DNA from: Andalucia godoyi And28
Lineage: Eukaryota; Protista; Jakobida
Assembly (NCBI GenBank): GCA_009859145.1
Contig: VRVR01000064.1
Coordinates: forward strand, 125,437-132,135
DNA: 6,699 nt
Direction of reading: 5' to 3'
Within the stretch, counting starts at the first letter, position 1. Each line of letters opens with the position of its first letter. Of the stretch, positions 5,887 to 6,699 are shown piece by piece. The position numbers and the translations under genes were made by a program. The notes under the pieces were generated by a model. That model saw only the letters and a program-made list of their open reading frames with translations. It had not been told where the DNA came from and did not search any database.

Positions 5887-6699
5887 CTATGGAACCGAGG
5901 GTTCGGAGATCTGACGATCACACACAGATGCGCAAAACTCCTGAATGCGTACTGCCATTGCGTTGTCCATACCGCTTCGCTCTTTCAGTTCAAAAAGAGA
6001 TGGAACCACGTCTGTCAGCTGCTGGAAAAACAAGCGAAGAGGCCCAAGACCGTTTAAAACAGATGTGTCAAGAGAGACATCCAGAAGATAACCGATGATT
6101 TCTCTTCGAAACTTAAACAGGTCGTCTTTCGCCCGCACACGAGTATGCGAGTCTTGCTGCAGATTCTTCTTATCAAGAACAATGGCCATTGGCGGTAGCC
6201 ATGAAAGCACGTCTCCGAATGCAATGTACATTGTCGTCAGAATGGCTTGTTGCAGGCAAACCTGTAGTCGCTCGCCATCGGACAGATCCGTCAGAGAACG
6301 CACGGAGTCCAGCCAATCGGGCGAGAACGCAGAATGGTAGTGGAACTCGTCGTTGCGCTTTTGCATGAACGACGCGCCGCCCCAGTCGATCAAACATACA
6401 GGGAACATAAAATCATTGAGCGGTTCCGTCAGAAGCACGATGTTCTGCGGACAAATGTCCATGTGGTAGATGCCCTTATCTTGGCAATTCTCCACGATGG
6501 ACGTCAGCTGCAGAAGAAGCTCTGTGCAATACTGAACCACACGGTCCGAAAAACAAGACGCAAGGGGTAGAGGACTTCCCACAGGAGTCGTACACAGAAC
6601 ACCGCCGCGCTCGGACTGCTCGGCGAACACAAGGGACGGCACCCAGTACTTGCGATCACCCCAGTCGATGCTTGAAATTTCGAGCAGCGCATTTCGCTC
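5887..6699 (-). CDS. Atypical protein kinase-like protein (Crinkler/FunK1-like kinase appearance), 5'-truncated by the window edge
   Basis: The frame is open from 6699 (ERNALLEISS...) to TAG 5889-5887, giving 270 visible aa. It shows an alphaC-like ERNAL, hinge-like VLCTTPVGSPL, catalytic loop HMDICPQN (6465-6442) and DFG-equivalent LIDWG (DWG 6387-6379). Confidence 0.85.
   Translation of the reverse strand, partial: ERNALLEISSIDWGDRKYWVPSLVFAEQSERGGVLCTTPVGSPLPLASCFSDRVVQYCTELLLQLTSIVENCQDKGIYHMDICPQNIVLLTEPLNDFMFPVCLIDWGGASFMQKRNDEFHYHSAFSPDWLDSVRSLTDLSDGERLQVCLQQAILTTMYIAFGDVLSWLPPMAIVLDKKNLQQDSHTRVRAKDDLFKFRREIIGYLLDVSLDTSVLNGLGPLRLFFQQLTDVVPSLFELKERSGMDNAMAVRIQEFCASVCDRQISEPSVP

Noticed and set aside
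6380-6669. 11-bp direct repeat CCCCAGTCGAT (6380-6390, 6659-6669) encoding IDWG twice in the kinase
   Set aside because: The flanks do not align, so there is no evidence of internal duplication. Likely coincidence.
772-6692. Remaining overlapping ORFs in the six-frame track (e.g. 1397-1663, 3228-3599, 3409-3684, 5680-6057, 6095-6340)
   Set aside because: These are shadow or antisense frames of the four supported genes, with no independent motifs.

Overview
This is gene-dense, intron-poor, ~50% GC DNA whose protein types point to a microbial eukaryote (inference; no operon or Shine-Dalgarno logic, rRNA, intact tRNA or CRISPR was seen). Four protein genes are supportable. (1) A + strand LRR / Cys-rich / ~9-TM receptor-like gene (582-2560) split by a 1-nt frameshift at ~2243. 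(2) A + strand GIY-YIG nuclease of the YVGK...ENVRGG type with four CCHC zinc knuckles and a C-terminal transmembrane anchor (3317-4165). (3) A + strand ~6-TM orphan membrane protein (~4837-5683) interrupted by a frameshift and an in-frame TGA that may be hidden in tiny introns. (4) A - strand atypical protein kinase resembling Crinkler/FunK1-type kinases (5887 to beyond the window end). The clearest non-coding signal is a pair of related, covarying palindromes plus a C(UUCG)G hairpin at 580-650. All family assignments come from motif recognition only, not from database searches.
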